A DNA stretch of 64,000 nt from a virus. Numbering within the stretch: the first letter of the stretch is position 1; each line of letters starts with the position of its first letter. The DNA lies in IMG/VR virus record IMGVR_UViG_3300037297_000135, positions 1-64,000 of that record; one strand, 5' to 3'. This document shows, piece after piece, positions 1 to 8,835 of this stretch. A model generated the notes under the pieces. The model saw only the letters and a list, made by a program, of their open reading frames with translations, did not search any database and was not told the origin of the DNA. Both the position numbers and the translations under genes were made by a program.

Positions 1-1
1 A

Positions 2-706
2 TATACAATTAAAGATAAATATATTATTGAGCTTTATAATATAGAATATCTTGATGAAGATAAAGATAACAAAAACAATCCAGATAATTGTAAGAAAGAA
101 CCAGAACAACCTATTGACAAAAATGGTACTGACAAAAATGGTACTGATAAACCTATTGACAAAAATGGTCAATGCCAAAAGTGTCAAATAGCTTCAAACA
201 CTGATAAAAAGTGCAATAAAAAGCTATTGACAAAAATGGCACGTGATACTCATGATATATATAATAATAATATATATAATAATATATCATGTATCATGAA
301 AAATAAATCAAAATCGAAAAAGAAATTTATAAAAACACCACTTACAAAAAATGACAATGATTTTATTTGTGAAATTATAAAAACGTTTAAAGAAAAATAC
401 AATGCTGTATTGATAAAGGGTTGTATTGAAGCATTGTTTAGGAAAAAAGGTAAAAAAGCAAAAGAGCTGCTTTTGCATTATGTCAACAATTTTAAAAATC
501 ATTTGGAATCAGTGAGATATGTGATTTATGATATTGGAAGATTTTTCTATAGTACTGTGTTGAAAGAAATAGTAACACCAGTTCAATATGTACCACAACA
601 AAAGTCACAGGTTCAATATGTTCAAAAGCCTATTCAATCAACAAACTATGAGCAGCGAAAATATGATGATGAATTTTTTGAAGGTTTGTATACTAATGTT
701 GAATAG
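2..706 (+). CDS. Putative phage replication initiator (5'-partial; frame open from window start)
   Basis: The frame of ORF 227..706 has no stop back to base 2. It has a repeat-encoded linker (PIDKNGTDKNGTDKPIDKNG) and an acidic C-terminal tail (YDDEFFEGLY), the layout of lambda O/DnaD-like initiators. Confidence 0.5.
   Translation, partial: YTIKDKYIIELYNIEYLDEDKDNKNNPDNCKKEPEQPIDKNGTDKNGTDKPIDKNGQCQKCQIASNTDKKCNKKLLTKMARDTHDIYNNNIYNNISCIMKNKSKSKKKFIKTPLTKNDNDFICEIIKTFKEKYNAVLIKGCIEALFRKKGKKAKELLLHYVNNFKNHLESVRYVIYDIGRFFYSTVLKEIVTPVQYVPQQKSQVQYVQKPIQSTNYEQRKYDDEFFEGLYTNVE
111..239. repeat. Iteron-like direct repeats CTATTGACAAAAATGG / TGACAAAAATGG
   Basis: CTATTGACAAAAATGG at 111, 153 and 224; core TGACAAAAATGG at 130; degenerate copy at ~202. 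An AT-only tract follows at ~257-287. Confidence 0.75.
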
Positions 707-804
707 ACAAAATTTGAATTTGGTCTTTGACAAATAAATATTTGTGTTGCAAAATATGGGAAATTGATATAAAATTTTTGTATACAAAAAAAGGAGTGAT
801 TTTG

Positions 805-1185
805 ATGTGTGATGAAAAAAAATCAAATAAATGCAATAAACAATTAAAATTGATTGAACATTCAAACAAAAATGTTGATATTTACAGAGATGAAAGCGAT
901 GGCAATGGTATAAATAAATATTTGGTTTCAATGAAAAATGATGTTGAAAGTATATTGTGTATACTGAATTTTCAAAACCAACCATTTTCTCAAGGAGTTA
1001 ACGGTATATCAATTGAAGATTTGTTGTATATTTGTGTCGATAGATTGAATGAGTTTCAAAAAGGTGGATTAGCTTGTGAGTATAATAAAAACGCAATAAA
1101 AGATATAAATAGTGCGATTTTAGAACTTGAAAAAAGAACCAAAGACCGTGAAAAAAGAAAAGTTGAAGGAACATACGAAAAATAA
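805..1185 (+). CDS. tad1: Tad1-family anti-defence sponge protein
   Basis: Motifs LNFQNQPFSQGVNGISIEDLL...RLNEFQ...CEYN...KRTKDREKRKVEGT match the Tad1 signature as recalled. RBS AAGGAG at ~791 supports the start at 805. Confidence 0.8.
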   Translation: MCDEKKSNKCNKQLKLIEHSNKNVDIYRDESDGNGINKYLVSMKNDVESILCILNFQNQPFSQGVNGISIEDLLYICVDRLNEFQKGGLACEYNKNAIKDINSAILELEKRTKDREKRKVEGTYEK

Positions 1186-1196
1186 GGTGTGAATTT

Positions 1197-1538
1197 ATGG
1201 ATTTTGAAAAATATATTTTTAACACATTAAATAGTTTTGATGAAAAATCTGATGTTTTAAATTTTTTGTTTACAGAATATTTTAAATATAAAAATAATTG
1301 TAATCATTTGATAAAATTTGAAATAGATATTGATTACATAATTCAATATTTAAAAAATACAAAAAAATACAGTTTTACAAAATATTATGATATAAAAAAA
1401 TATATACATGAATTTGGAAAAATGAATTTGATAAATATTCATCAAAGTATATGTATTGATGGAAATTTTATGTATTCTATTAATTCAAATATTATGAATG
1501 CATTCAAAAAATGTATGTGTTTAACTTTAGTTAATTAA
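1197..1538 (+). CDS. Hypothetical protein
   Basis: ORF with RBS (AAGGTG), co-directional with neighbours. Confidence 0.6.
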   Translation: MDFEKYIFNTLNSFDEKSDVLNFLFTEYFKYKNNCNHLIKFEIDIDYIIQYLKNTKKYSFTKYYDIKKYIHEFGKMNLINIHQSICIDGNFMYSINSNIMNAFKKCMCLTLVN

Positions 1539-1558
1539 TATAAAAAGGTGGTTTTTAA

Positions 1559-2059
1559 ATGAACAAAAACAAAAATATCGATGAAGTTTTAAATGGAATT
1601 ATAGAATCAAAAGATTGTATTGAAAGTTCGTTGTTGGCTGAATTACAGATTTCAATAATTGAAAACAAAAAAATATCAATACCTGATATGGCAGAAAGAA
1701 TAAGATTTATTAATGATTTAAAAGATGTAAGTGTTATAAAAATATTTAAATTGTTAAAAGAATTTCATGAAAAAGGAATAATTGTATTAAATGAAAATGC
1801 AACAATTGACAATTATGATTATTCAATGAAAGAAAATGTTTTAGAAAAACTTGAAAAACGTAATAATGATTTTTTGCCAGATGATATTCAAATGAAGATA
1901 TACATGTTTTTATGGTTAGTAAGTTTAATAGATTCGTATTACGAATTTAATACAATAATAAAATATACTGATGTAAAAGAATATATGGTGTATAGACATG
2001 TAAAAGAAATTGATATTGAAAAAATAAAAGAAAAAATAAATGATTTAGCAGATAAATAA
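1559..2059 (+). CDS. Hypothetical protein
   Basis: ORF with RBS AAGGTGG. Confidence 0.6.
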   Translation: MNKNKNIDEVLNGIIESKDCIESSLLAELQISIIENKKISIPDMAERIRFINDLKDVSVIKIFKLLKEFHEKGIIVLNENATIDNYDYSMKENVLEKLEKRNNDFLPDDIQMKIYMFLWLVSLIDSYYEFNTIIKYTDVKEYMVYRHVKEIDIEKIKEKINDLADK

Positions 2060-2119
2060 TTTATAAGTATAAAAGAAATTAATGAATCTAATTTTCATTT
2101 TAACCTAAATAAATATTAT

Positions 2120-2797
2120 ATGGATGCATGTATAAAATCAGTACCAAAAAATATAAAAATAGATTTTCATAATGTAGCACGTCATATTTATTGTATAATA
2201 ACAATAAATATATCTAATTTAAAAAATGAAGTAGAATATAATAATGATGTATACAAAATCTTTGATATTAAAGATTTTATAACATATATAGAATTGAATT
2301 ATAAATATAATGTAATATTTAAAGATGAATTTGTAAAATTGTTCAATAATAGATTTTTTATAAAATTAATTATTAATTATATATTAAAATTGGATGGCAG
2401 CAAAAATTATATATATATAAAAGATAATGATTCTGAATATATAAAATTAAAAAAATGGATTGTTTTAGAAAATAAAAAAATAAAACAATTAAAAGATAAA
2501 ATATTTAAAACAATTGATACTTTAAATGAATTAGAAAAAGATATATATATTGAATTGTTAAATCAAATATACAATGAATATAAAAATAATGAATCTATAA
2601 AAATAAATTTGAACAATATGAAAAAATATTCAATAGAAACTACAAAACAAATAGTTGAAACATTAATTAAAAAAGATGTAATTCCAGATATATATTTATC
2701 TAAAGTTAACAATTCAAATGAGTTAATTTTAGGGAAAATTGCTGAAAGTATATTTTTTGAAATATATGTAAAATGTATTAATGAATTTCAAAATTAA
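2120..2797 (+). CDS. Hypothetical protein
   Basis: 225-aa ORF with no recognisable motif. Confidence 0.55.
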   Translation: MDACIKSVPKNIKIDFHNVARHIYCIITINISNLKNEVEYNNDVYKIFDIKDFITYIELNYKYNVIFKDEFVKLFNNRFFIKLIINYILKLDGSKNYIYIKDNDSEYIKLKKWIVLENKKIKQLKDKIFKTIDTLNELEKDIYIELLNQIYNEYKNNESIKINLNNMKKYSIETTKQIVETLIKKDVIPDIYLSKVNNSNELILGKIAESIFFEIYVKCINEFQN

Positions 2798-2802
2798 AAA
2801 TA

Positions 2803-3069
2803 TTAATTTTTTATAGAATATAAAAATAATCGAATAAAATATACAAAAATTGTAAGCATAAAAAGAATAAAATTATTATTAATAGTAGCTAAAATTATAA
2901 TAAATAAGGCTACTATTAATATTGTTGGATAATATAAATATGATATAATTTTATTGTTTATTTTTTTGAAAACTTCATCATTAAAAAATACTAAAAACAT
3001 ATAAAATATAAAAACCAAATATATCAATATACACACCACCTTATAAAATAATTTTTCTAGCACATTCAT
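2803..3069 (-). CDS. Small membrane protein
   Basis: Hydrophobic segments; overlaps the end of the upstream minus-strand ORF; start uncertain. Confidence 0.35.
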   Translation of the reverse strand: MNVLEKLFYKVVCILIYLVFIFYMFLVFFNDEVFKKINNKIISYLYYPTILIVALFIIILATINNNFILFMLTIFVYFIRLFLYSIKN

Positions 3070-3247
3070 TGCATATTGATATACCATGCACATGATATTG
3101 AACAATATTTTTATTACAAATATTACATTTAATTGGAATATTTTGAATCCAAACACACTTTAAACAAACATACATAATTTTATCATTTTCAAGATATTTT
3201 ATATGATAATCATAAGATGAATTTTTACAAAAAAAACATTGATTCAT
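3041..3247 (-). CDS. Small Cys-rich (zinc-finger-like) protein
   Basis: Four CxxC pairs (CFFC, CLKC, CNIC, CNEC); RBS GGAAGTGA before the ATG. Confidence 0.5.
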   Translation of the reverse strand: MNQCFFCKNSSYDYHIKYLENDKIMYVCLKCVWIQNIPIKCNICNKNIVQYHVHGISICNECARKIIL

Positions 3248-3339
3248 AATATCACTTCCAAAAAATAATATTAATTTAATTATATCATAGATAAAAATAT
3301 TGTATAATAAAATATAAAATTGAAAAAGGAGTGTTAAAA

Positions 3340-4077
3340 TTGATTGAAATTTGGAAAACAAGAAAAGAAATGAATGAAGTATGTGATAAAAAAATGAGAA
3401 CTATGTCAAAACATCTTGATGTTATTGCGTATGGTTTAAAATCATTAAGAGACTCACAAACTGATTTGATTAAAGAAAAAATTAAAAAAGGATTAAAGAT
3501 TAGAATTCTTACTATGCATCCAGAAAATATTTTTTTGAAATATAAAGAACAAGAAGAACAAGTTAAAGAAGGTTCTATAAAAAATGATATTTATGATTTA
3601 GTAATTTGGATAGATAAATTAAAACATATAGCATATGAATCTGGTTTTAGTGAAGATAATATACAAATAAAATTCTATAAAATATTACCTTTAGATTTTT
3701 ATTTTAAAGTAGACTATTATATTTTTTATGGTGGTAATATGTATAATAAAACTTCTCAAGAATCATTATCATTTGGATATGATTCATTTGGTTTATTATT
3801 TACAGCATATTTACAATATTCAAAATATTTTGAATATTTATGGAGAAATAAAAATATTCAAAATGATTTCCAAAGATTTTTTTTTACATTTGGTTTTGGT
3901 CAACAAAATGAAGGATATGCACAAAAAGTTTATGCTACATCATGGGATAAAGCAAGAGAAAAAATGGTTGAAAAGCATCAGATAAAATGGGCATTTCAAT
4001 ATACAGAAGCAGAATGGAACAAAAATAAAAAAGAATATGATTTTAAAGAAAAATTTATAGAAGAGATAATAATATGA
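3340..4077 (+). CDS. PLD-superfamily-like (DUF5919-like) domain fused to a small C-terminal phage domain
   Basis: Segments LDVIAYGLKSLR, GLKIRILTMHPE and FYFKVDYYIFYG...SQES, then FFFTFGFGQ...AREKMVEKH..KWAFQY. TTG start after AAGGAG. Confidence 0.5.
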   Translation: MIEIWKTRKEMNEVCDKKMRTMSKHLDVIAYGLKSLRDSQTDLIKEKIKKGLKIRILTMHPENIFLKYKEQEEQVKEGSIKNDIYDLVIWIDKLKHIAYESGFSEDNIQIKFYKILPLDFYFKVDYYIFYGGNMYNKTSQESLSFGYDSFGLLFTAYLQYSKYFEYLWRNKNIQNDFQRFFFTFGFGQQNEGYAQKVYATSWDKAREKMVEKHQIKWAFQYTEAEWNKNKKEYDFKEKFIEEIII

Positions 4078-4361
4078 TAATGTGGAGTTTAATTATGAAA
4101 ATTTTTAAAGAAATAATTAATGGGTTTAAAAAATTGAACAAAAAATCAAAAAAAATATTTATGTTAGGTATTGGAATATTTTTATTTGGGCAAATTATGA
4201 AAATTTTAAATTTAATAAATCATTTTACAATATATAATGTTTTTTCAGTCATTTTTACATGTTGTTTATTTATTATTACGATATACATATTATTACATAT
4301 CAAAATTCAAATAGATTTTAGGTATCATTTTGGACGAAATTTTGATATATTAATCATCTAA
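4074..4361 (+). CDS. Small membrane protein
   Basis: Two hydrophobic helices; ATGA overlap with the upstream gene. Confidence 0.5.
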   Translation: MIMWSLIMKIFKEIINGFKKLNKKSKKIFMLGIGIFLFGQIMKILNLINHFTIYNVFSVIFTCCLFIITIYILLHIKIQIDFRYHFGRNFDILII

Positions 4362-4571
4362 TATTTTACGTATTAAATCTGCATAATTTTTAACTTTATT
4401 AAATTCGTCAAATTTATGTGATTTTAAAAGCGTAGAAATCAAATCTTTAATTTGACTGAATGTTTCTATATCCATTAAAACATGTGAATCATTGATTGAA
4501 TTCAGGCCTTTAATATCTTTAAGTTCTGTTTTACTTATTTTACTGATTAAAAATATATTGTTTACAATCAT
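4350..4571 (-). CDS. Hypothetical protein
   Basis: RBS AAAGGAG upstream on the minus strand; divergent from pyrG. Confidence 0.5.
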   Translation of the reverse strand: MIVNNIFLISKISKTELKDIKGLNSINDSHVLMDIETFSQIKDLISTLLKSHKFDEFNKVKNYADLIRKILDD

Positions 4572-4661
4572 ATTAAAGCACTCCTTTTTTTTATTATATT
4601 ATATAAAAAATTAAATAAAAATGATATAATAAAAAAAATATTTATTTAAAGGAGTGGTATT

Positions 4662-6254
4662 ATGCCAATTTATATACCAATAATTGGTGGAGTAATAAGT
4701 GGTTTAGGTAAAGGTGCGTTAGCTGCTTCGCTTGGTCAACTTATAAAAAATAAAATGAATTTAAGTGTTGGTATAATAAAGATAGACCCATATTTAAATA
4801 TTGATTGTGGAACTATGAATCCAGACCAACATGGTGAAGTTTTTGTAACTGAAGATGGTAAAGAAACTGATTTGGATTTGGGGCATTATGAAAGATTTTT
4901 AGACGAAAATCTTTTAAAAGACTCATGTATGACAATGGGTCAAATAACAAATGAAGTGCTTTTGGCTGAAAGAAATGGTGAATTTTTAGGGAAAGATATT
5001 CAAATAGTACCTAATATAACCGATAAAATAATTGAAAAAATAAATAAAATAGGGATTGAAAAAGATGTAGTAATAATTGAAGTTGGTGGAACAGTAGGTG
5101 ATTATGAAGCAGATTCAATTTTGTATGCAATAAAAAAACTTATGATTAAAAATAAATGTGTGTGTTTGTTTTTATCGAAATTAGATTGTGAAAGTGGTTC
5201 AATAAAAACTAAACCAATTCAAAATTCAGTCAAAACAATTGGTAGTTATGGGATTGAACCAGATATATTAATTGTAAGAGCATATAAAAATTTGACTGAT
5301 AATGATAAACAACACATAAAAGATAAATTAGAAGACTATGTAAAATATATATTATTTGGTGAAACAATTTCAAATATTTATGATTTGCCAAAATATTTTG
5401 AAAGTCAAGGTTTGTTAAGAATCTTGTCTTTGAAGATAGGAATAAGTTATGATGAAAAAAAAGTTGAATATAAAAAGTGGAATCCAATAGGATTAGATAT
5501 ATATAAAATTGCAATAGCAGAAAAATATCATGGAACCGACACATATATTTCAGTACAAGAAGCTATAAAACATATTGCTATAAATCAAAATATAAATATA
5601 GAGGTAGAGTTTGTTGATATAGAGTCTCAATTCACCATTGAACAATGGAAGATGTTTAATGGTGTAATAATACCAGGAGCATTTGGAGACAGATGCATGG
5701 AGAATAAGATAACATTATGTAATTATTTAAGAGAAAATAATGTACCAACATTAGGTTTATGTATGGGTATGCAAATTATGTGTATTGAGTTTGCAAGAAA
5801 TGTTTGTGATATTAAAAATGCAACATCTCAAGAATTTAAAAACGAAATGATAACAAATCCTGAATATATTGTTCATTTAATGAATGACCAACAATATGTT
5901 AAACAAGTTGGTGGTTCAATGAGATTAGGAAGTTATCCATGTAATTTGATGTGTGATTCGATTGCATATGAATGTTATAAAACAATATCAATTAATGAAA
6001 GACATAGACATAGATATGAATTCAATAATGAATATAGAAAGATTTTAAGTGAAAAAGGAATGAAGTTCACTGGTTTTAATCAAAAGTTAGATTTGATTGA
6101 AATAATTGAATTGGATAAAGAAACACATCCATTTTTTGTTGGAGTACAATTTCATTCAGAATTTAAATCAAGACCAAATAGACCACATCCATTGTTTTTA
6201 GGATTTTTTGATACAATAAAAAAAATCAGAATGGAGAATATAGAAGATGAATAA
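4662..6254 (+). CDS. pyrG: CTP synthase
   Basis: GGVISGLGKG, KIDPYLNIDCGTMNP.QHGEVFVTEDGKETDLDLGHYERF; glutaminase motifs GLCMG, ERHRHRYEFN, QFHSEFKSRP. Confidence 0.97.
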   Translation: MPIYIPIIGGVISGLGKGALAASLGQLIKNKMNLSVGIIKIDPYLNIDCGTMNPDQHGEVFVTEDGKETDLDLGHYERFLDENLLKDSCMTMGQITNEVLLAERNGEFLGKDIQIVPNITDKIIEKINKIGIEKDVVIIEVGGTVGDYEADSILYAIKKLMIKNKCVCLFLSKLDCESGSIKTKPIQNSVKTIGSYGIEPDILIVRAYKNLTDNDKQHIKDKLEDYVKYILFGETISNIYDLPKYFESQGLLRILSLKIGISYDEKKVEYKKWNPIGLDIYKIAIAEKYHGTDTYISVQEAIKHIAINQNINIEVEFVDIESQFTIEQWKMFNGVIIPGAFGDRCMENKITLCNYLRENNVPTLGLCMGMQIMCIEFARNVCDIKNATSQEFKNEMITNPEYIVHLMNDQQYVKQVGGSMRLGSYPCNLMCDSIAYECYKTISINERHRHRYEFNNEYRKILSEKGMKFTGFNQKLDLIEIIELDKETHPFFVGVQFHSEFKSRPNRPHPLFLGFFDTIKKIRMENIEDE

Positions 6255-6885
6255 AATGATAGTAATGTGTGGATTGCCTAGAAGTGGTAAAAGCACATGG
6301 ATTAAGAAAAATATAATATTAAAAAATCTGGTAATGAACAAGGTTGAATTTTTTAATATTACAAAAATGATAAATATTGTTATGGAAAAAAATGATAAAA
6401 ATGCATATAAAGAAAAAACACATAGATTTTTTAATATAGTTAAAGATGTATTTGAAGATATTTTAAATAAATACAATATAACGATTAACACATATTGTGA
6501 TTATAGTTTTGAATTTAGTTCAAATAAGTATGTAATTGTTTCAGCAGATGATATAAGAGAAAGTGTGCATAATAAAGAATATATTGCTTGTTTTGAACCA
6601 ATGATACAGGCAATACGAGAATATATATTGATTTATATTTTAAAAAAAGGATATAATGTGGTTATAGATGAAACTAATCTTACAATTGAAAGAAGAAAAA
6701 ATATTTTTAATTTGGTTAAAAAGTATGGAAAAAAATATAGTGTTAAATGTGTTGTAATAGATACTCCATTAGATGTGGTTTTGGAAAGAACTGAATTTGA
6801 TGATTTTAAAGAAACAATAAAAAGAAAATATAAAGAATCTACAATACCTATGAAAAAAGAAGGTTTTGATGAAATAATATTTTGA
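6247..6885 (+). CDS. P-loop kinase (AAA_33 / polynucleotide kinase-like)
   Basis: Walker A GLPRSGKST, SADDIR, VVIDETN...ERR. Confidence 0.75.
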   Translation: MNKMIVMCGLPRSGKSTWIKKNIILKNLVMNKVEFFNITKMINIVMEKNDKNAYKEKTHRFFNIVKDVFEDILNKYNITINTYCDYSFEFSSNKYVIVSADDIRESVHNKEYIACFEPMIQAIREYILIYILKKGYNVVIDETNLTIERRKNIFNLVKKYGKKYSVKCVVIDTPLDVVLERTEFDDFKETIKRKYKESTIPMKKEGFDEIIF

Positions 6886-6906
6886 AAAATAAAAATTTAA
6901 AGGAGA

Positions 6907-7632
6907 ATGAATATGTTTAGTTTAGAAAAAGCAAGAGAAGAAGTAAAACAAAGTTTTACTGTAAGCTTAGAAAAGAAATATCAAGAAACAAATATTGCAC
7001 ATGATATAGAAGCTGAAGTTAAATTTGCTTGTGATATATCAGGAAGTATGAATAGAAGAGATATGAGTGGGAAATTATATGATGATGGAACAGTAAATGA
7101 GATTGTAAAAAGATTTTTTGCGATAGCAAAAGAGCTTGACGACAACGGAGAGATGGAAATGTATCCGTTTTCAGTGTATTGTGAAGAATTAAAGGTGCAT
7201 GTGAAAGATGATAACTATGAAAATTATGTTAAAAAAGAAATAATGGGTTTTAATAAAAAGAAAGATTGGTATTTTGGTGGTACAAATTATGTGGCAATGA
7301 TAAAAGAAATATTAAAACATTGTAATAAAAAACCTCAATTGATATTATGTGTTGTAGATGGATGTACAACAAATAAAAAGCAAGCTAAAGAATTAATTAT
7401 ACAATCAGCAGAAAAACCGATTTTTTGGTTTTTTATAGGAATTGGAAACAATGAAAGGTTTGAATTTTTAGAAAGTTTAGATGATATGGATGAAAGCAAA
7501 AGAAAAATAGATAATGTAGATTTTAAACAGATTAAAGATATAACAAAAATAAGCAATAAAGAATTGTATGATATGATTTCAGATGAATTTGTTGGATGGT
7601 TTTATAAAGCTAAGGAGTTAAATATTTTTTAA
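6907..7632 (+). CDS. vWA domain protein, TerF-like vWA family
   Basis: MIDAS DISGS, GGTNY, VDG, PIFWFFIGIG, FLESLDDM..R.IDN. Confidence 0.8.
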   Translation: MNMFSLEKAREEVKQSFTVSLEKKYQETNIAHDIEAEVKFACDISGSMNRRDMSGKLYDDGTVNEIVKRFFAIAKELDDNGEMEMYPFSVYCEELKVHVKDDNYENYVKKEIMGFNKKKDWYFGGTNYVAMIKEILKHCNKKPQLILCVVDGCTTNKKQAKELIIQSAEKPIFWFFIGIGNNERFEFLESLDDMDESKRKIDNVDFKQIKDITKISNKELYDMISDEFVGWFYKAKELNIF

Positions 7633-8033
7633 TGAAAAAAAAAGTTCCAATACAAATGAAAATAATAACAATGTTTTTTTTAGTAATAATAATTTCATTT
7701 GTATTTTTTAAAAATACAAGTAAAATAAAATATAATGAACCTACTATAATTCAAACTATAAATATTGAAAAAACAATAAATGATGGAGATATTGAAAGAT
7801 ATGTAGGTTCAAGAGTTATATTTGAATGTACTGAAATAAAGAAGCATAACAGATATACAGAAATGTATTATGTATATATAAATGATAATAGTAGATATAA
7901 TGTGTTTTTGTATAAAAATATAAAAATACAAGATGATGATATGAATAAAAAAAAGAAAATAACAGGCTTTATAGATAGAGTTAGAAATGGAATTATATTT
8001 ATAAAGCCTGATAAAATAGATATTATAGAGTAA
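7632..8033 (+). CDS. Membrane-anchored hypothetical protein (possible OB fold)
   Basis: N-terminal TM helix followed by a beta-rich domain. Confidence 0.5.
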   Translation: MKKKVPIQMKIITMFFLVIIISFVFFKNTSKIKYNEPTIIQTINIEKTINDGDIERYVGSRVIFECTEIKKHNRYTEMYYVYINDNSRYNVFLYKNIKIQDDDMNKKKKITGFIDRVRNGIIFIKPDKIDIIE

Positions 8034-8040
8034 AAAGGAT

Positions 8041-8544
8041 GTGTTTTATATGTTAAAATCATATAATGAAATTATAAAAGAAATAAAATGTAGTGATTTA
8101 AGTAATGATACAAAAAATATGTTGGAAAAAATTTCATATGACAAATTTAATAAAACAACAATTTTTGAAAAATATACAACTAATGATGAAATAATCAAAC
8201 AAACAAAAGAGTTGGGTGAAAGAATAGGGCTAATAAAAAATGGTGCTGTTAATGATGAATTTTTAATAAACAATGGTAAAATTTCAGCTTTTAATGTATC
8301 AGAAGTAAAAAAAATAGTAAATAAATTATATAATGATAAAAATGCATTGAGCGAAAGAGAAAAAAAATTTGTTAAATTAATCGAAAATTTAAATCTAATA
8401 AATTCCAAAAAAGAGTTTTTATATAGTAAAGAATTGGTAAAAATGATTACCACTGAAATGATTAAATTTTACAAAATTTACAATTACAAAAATAAAAGTT
8501 TTTTGATTGAAAATCCTCAAAAGCAAGTAGTATCAATGCGTTGA
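8041..8544 (+). CDS. Hypothetical protein
   Basis: ORF with RBS AAGGATG. Confidence 0.55.
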   Translation: MFYMLKSYNEIIKEIKCSDLSNDTKNMLEKISYDKFNKTTIFEKYTTNDEIIKQTKELGERIGLIKNGAVNDEFLINNGKISAFNVSEVKKIVNKLYNDKNALSEREKKFVKLIENLNLINSKKEFLYSKELVKMITTEMIKFYKIYNYKNKSFLIENPQKQVVSMR

Positions 8545-8631
8545 AGATTTTGTTTTAGTGGTTTGAAAATGATTGTTTTTACAAAATTTAACTCCTTTAT
8601 AGCCCAGTGATAAACTGGGTTGTAGAGGGCA

Positions 8632-8709
8632 TACATAATAGACAAGTAATAGTACATAATAGACAAGTAATAGTACATAAGAGACAAGGGATAGTACATA
8701 ATAGACAAG
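8632..8709. repeat. Four 21-bp iterons (core TACATAATAGACAAG), plasmid-type origin
   Basis: Cores at 8632, 8653, 8674 (one mismatch) and 8695, exact 21-bp period. Flanked by hairpin CCCAGT-GATAA-ACTGGG (8603-8619) and an AT-rich palindrome (8767-8788), just upstream of the Rep_3-like gene. Confidence 0.9.
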
Positions 8710-8835
8710 TTTTTCGACCTCTGAACACGTTGATATGACAGGCGTTGAAGTATGCCTATAACTATATATAACTATTATAATAGTTATAATAAGACGTAAA
8801 AAAATAAAAAAATAAAAAAAAATAAGGATATAAAA

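Noticed and set aside
4662-6254. Host chromosomal contamination at pyrG
   Set aside because: Same AT content, RBS style and orientation as the flanking phage genes, and no neighbouring housekeeping genes.
8632-8709. CRISPR mini-array
   Set aside because: The repeats are tandem at a 21-bp period with no unique spacers and sit next to a Rep_3 gene, so they are iterons.
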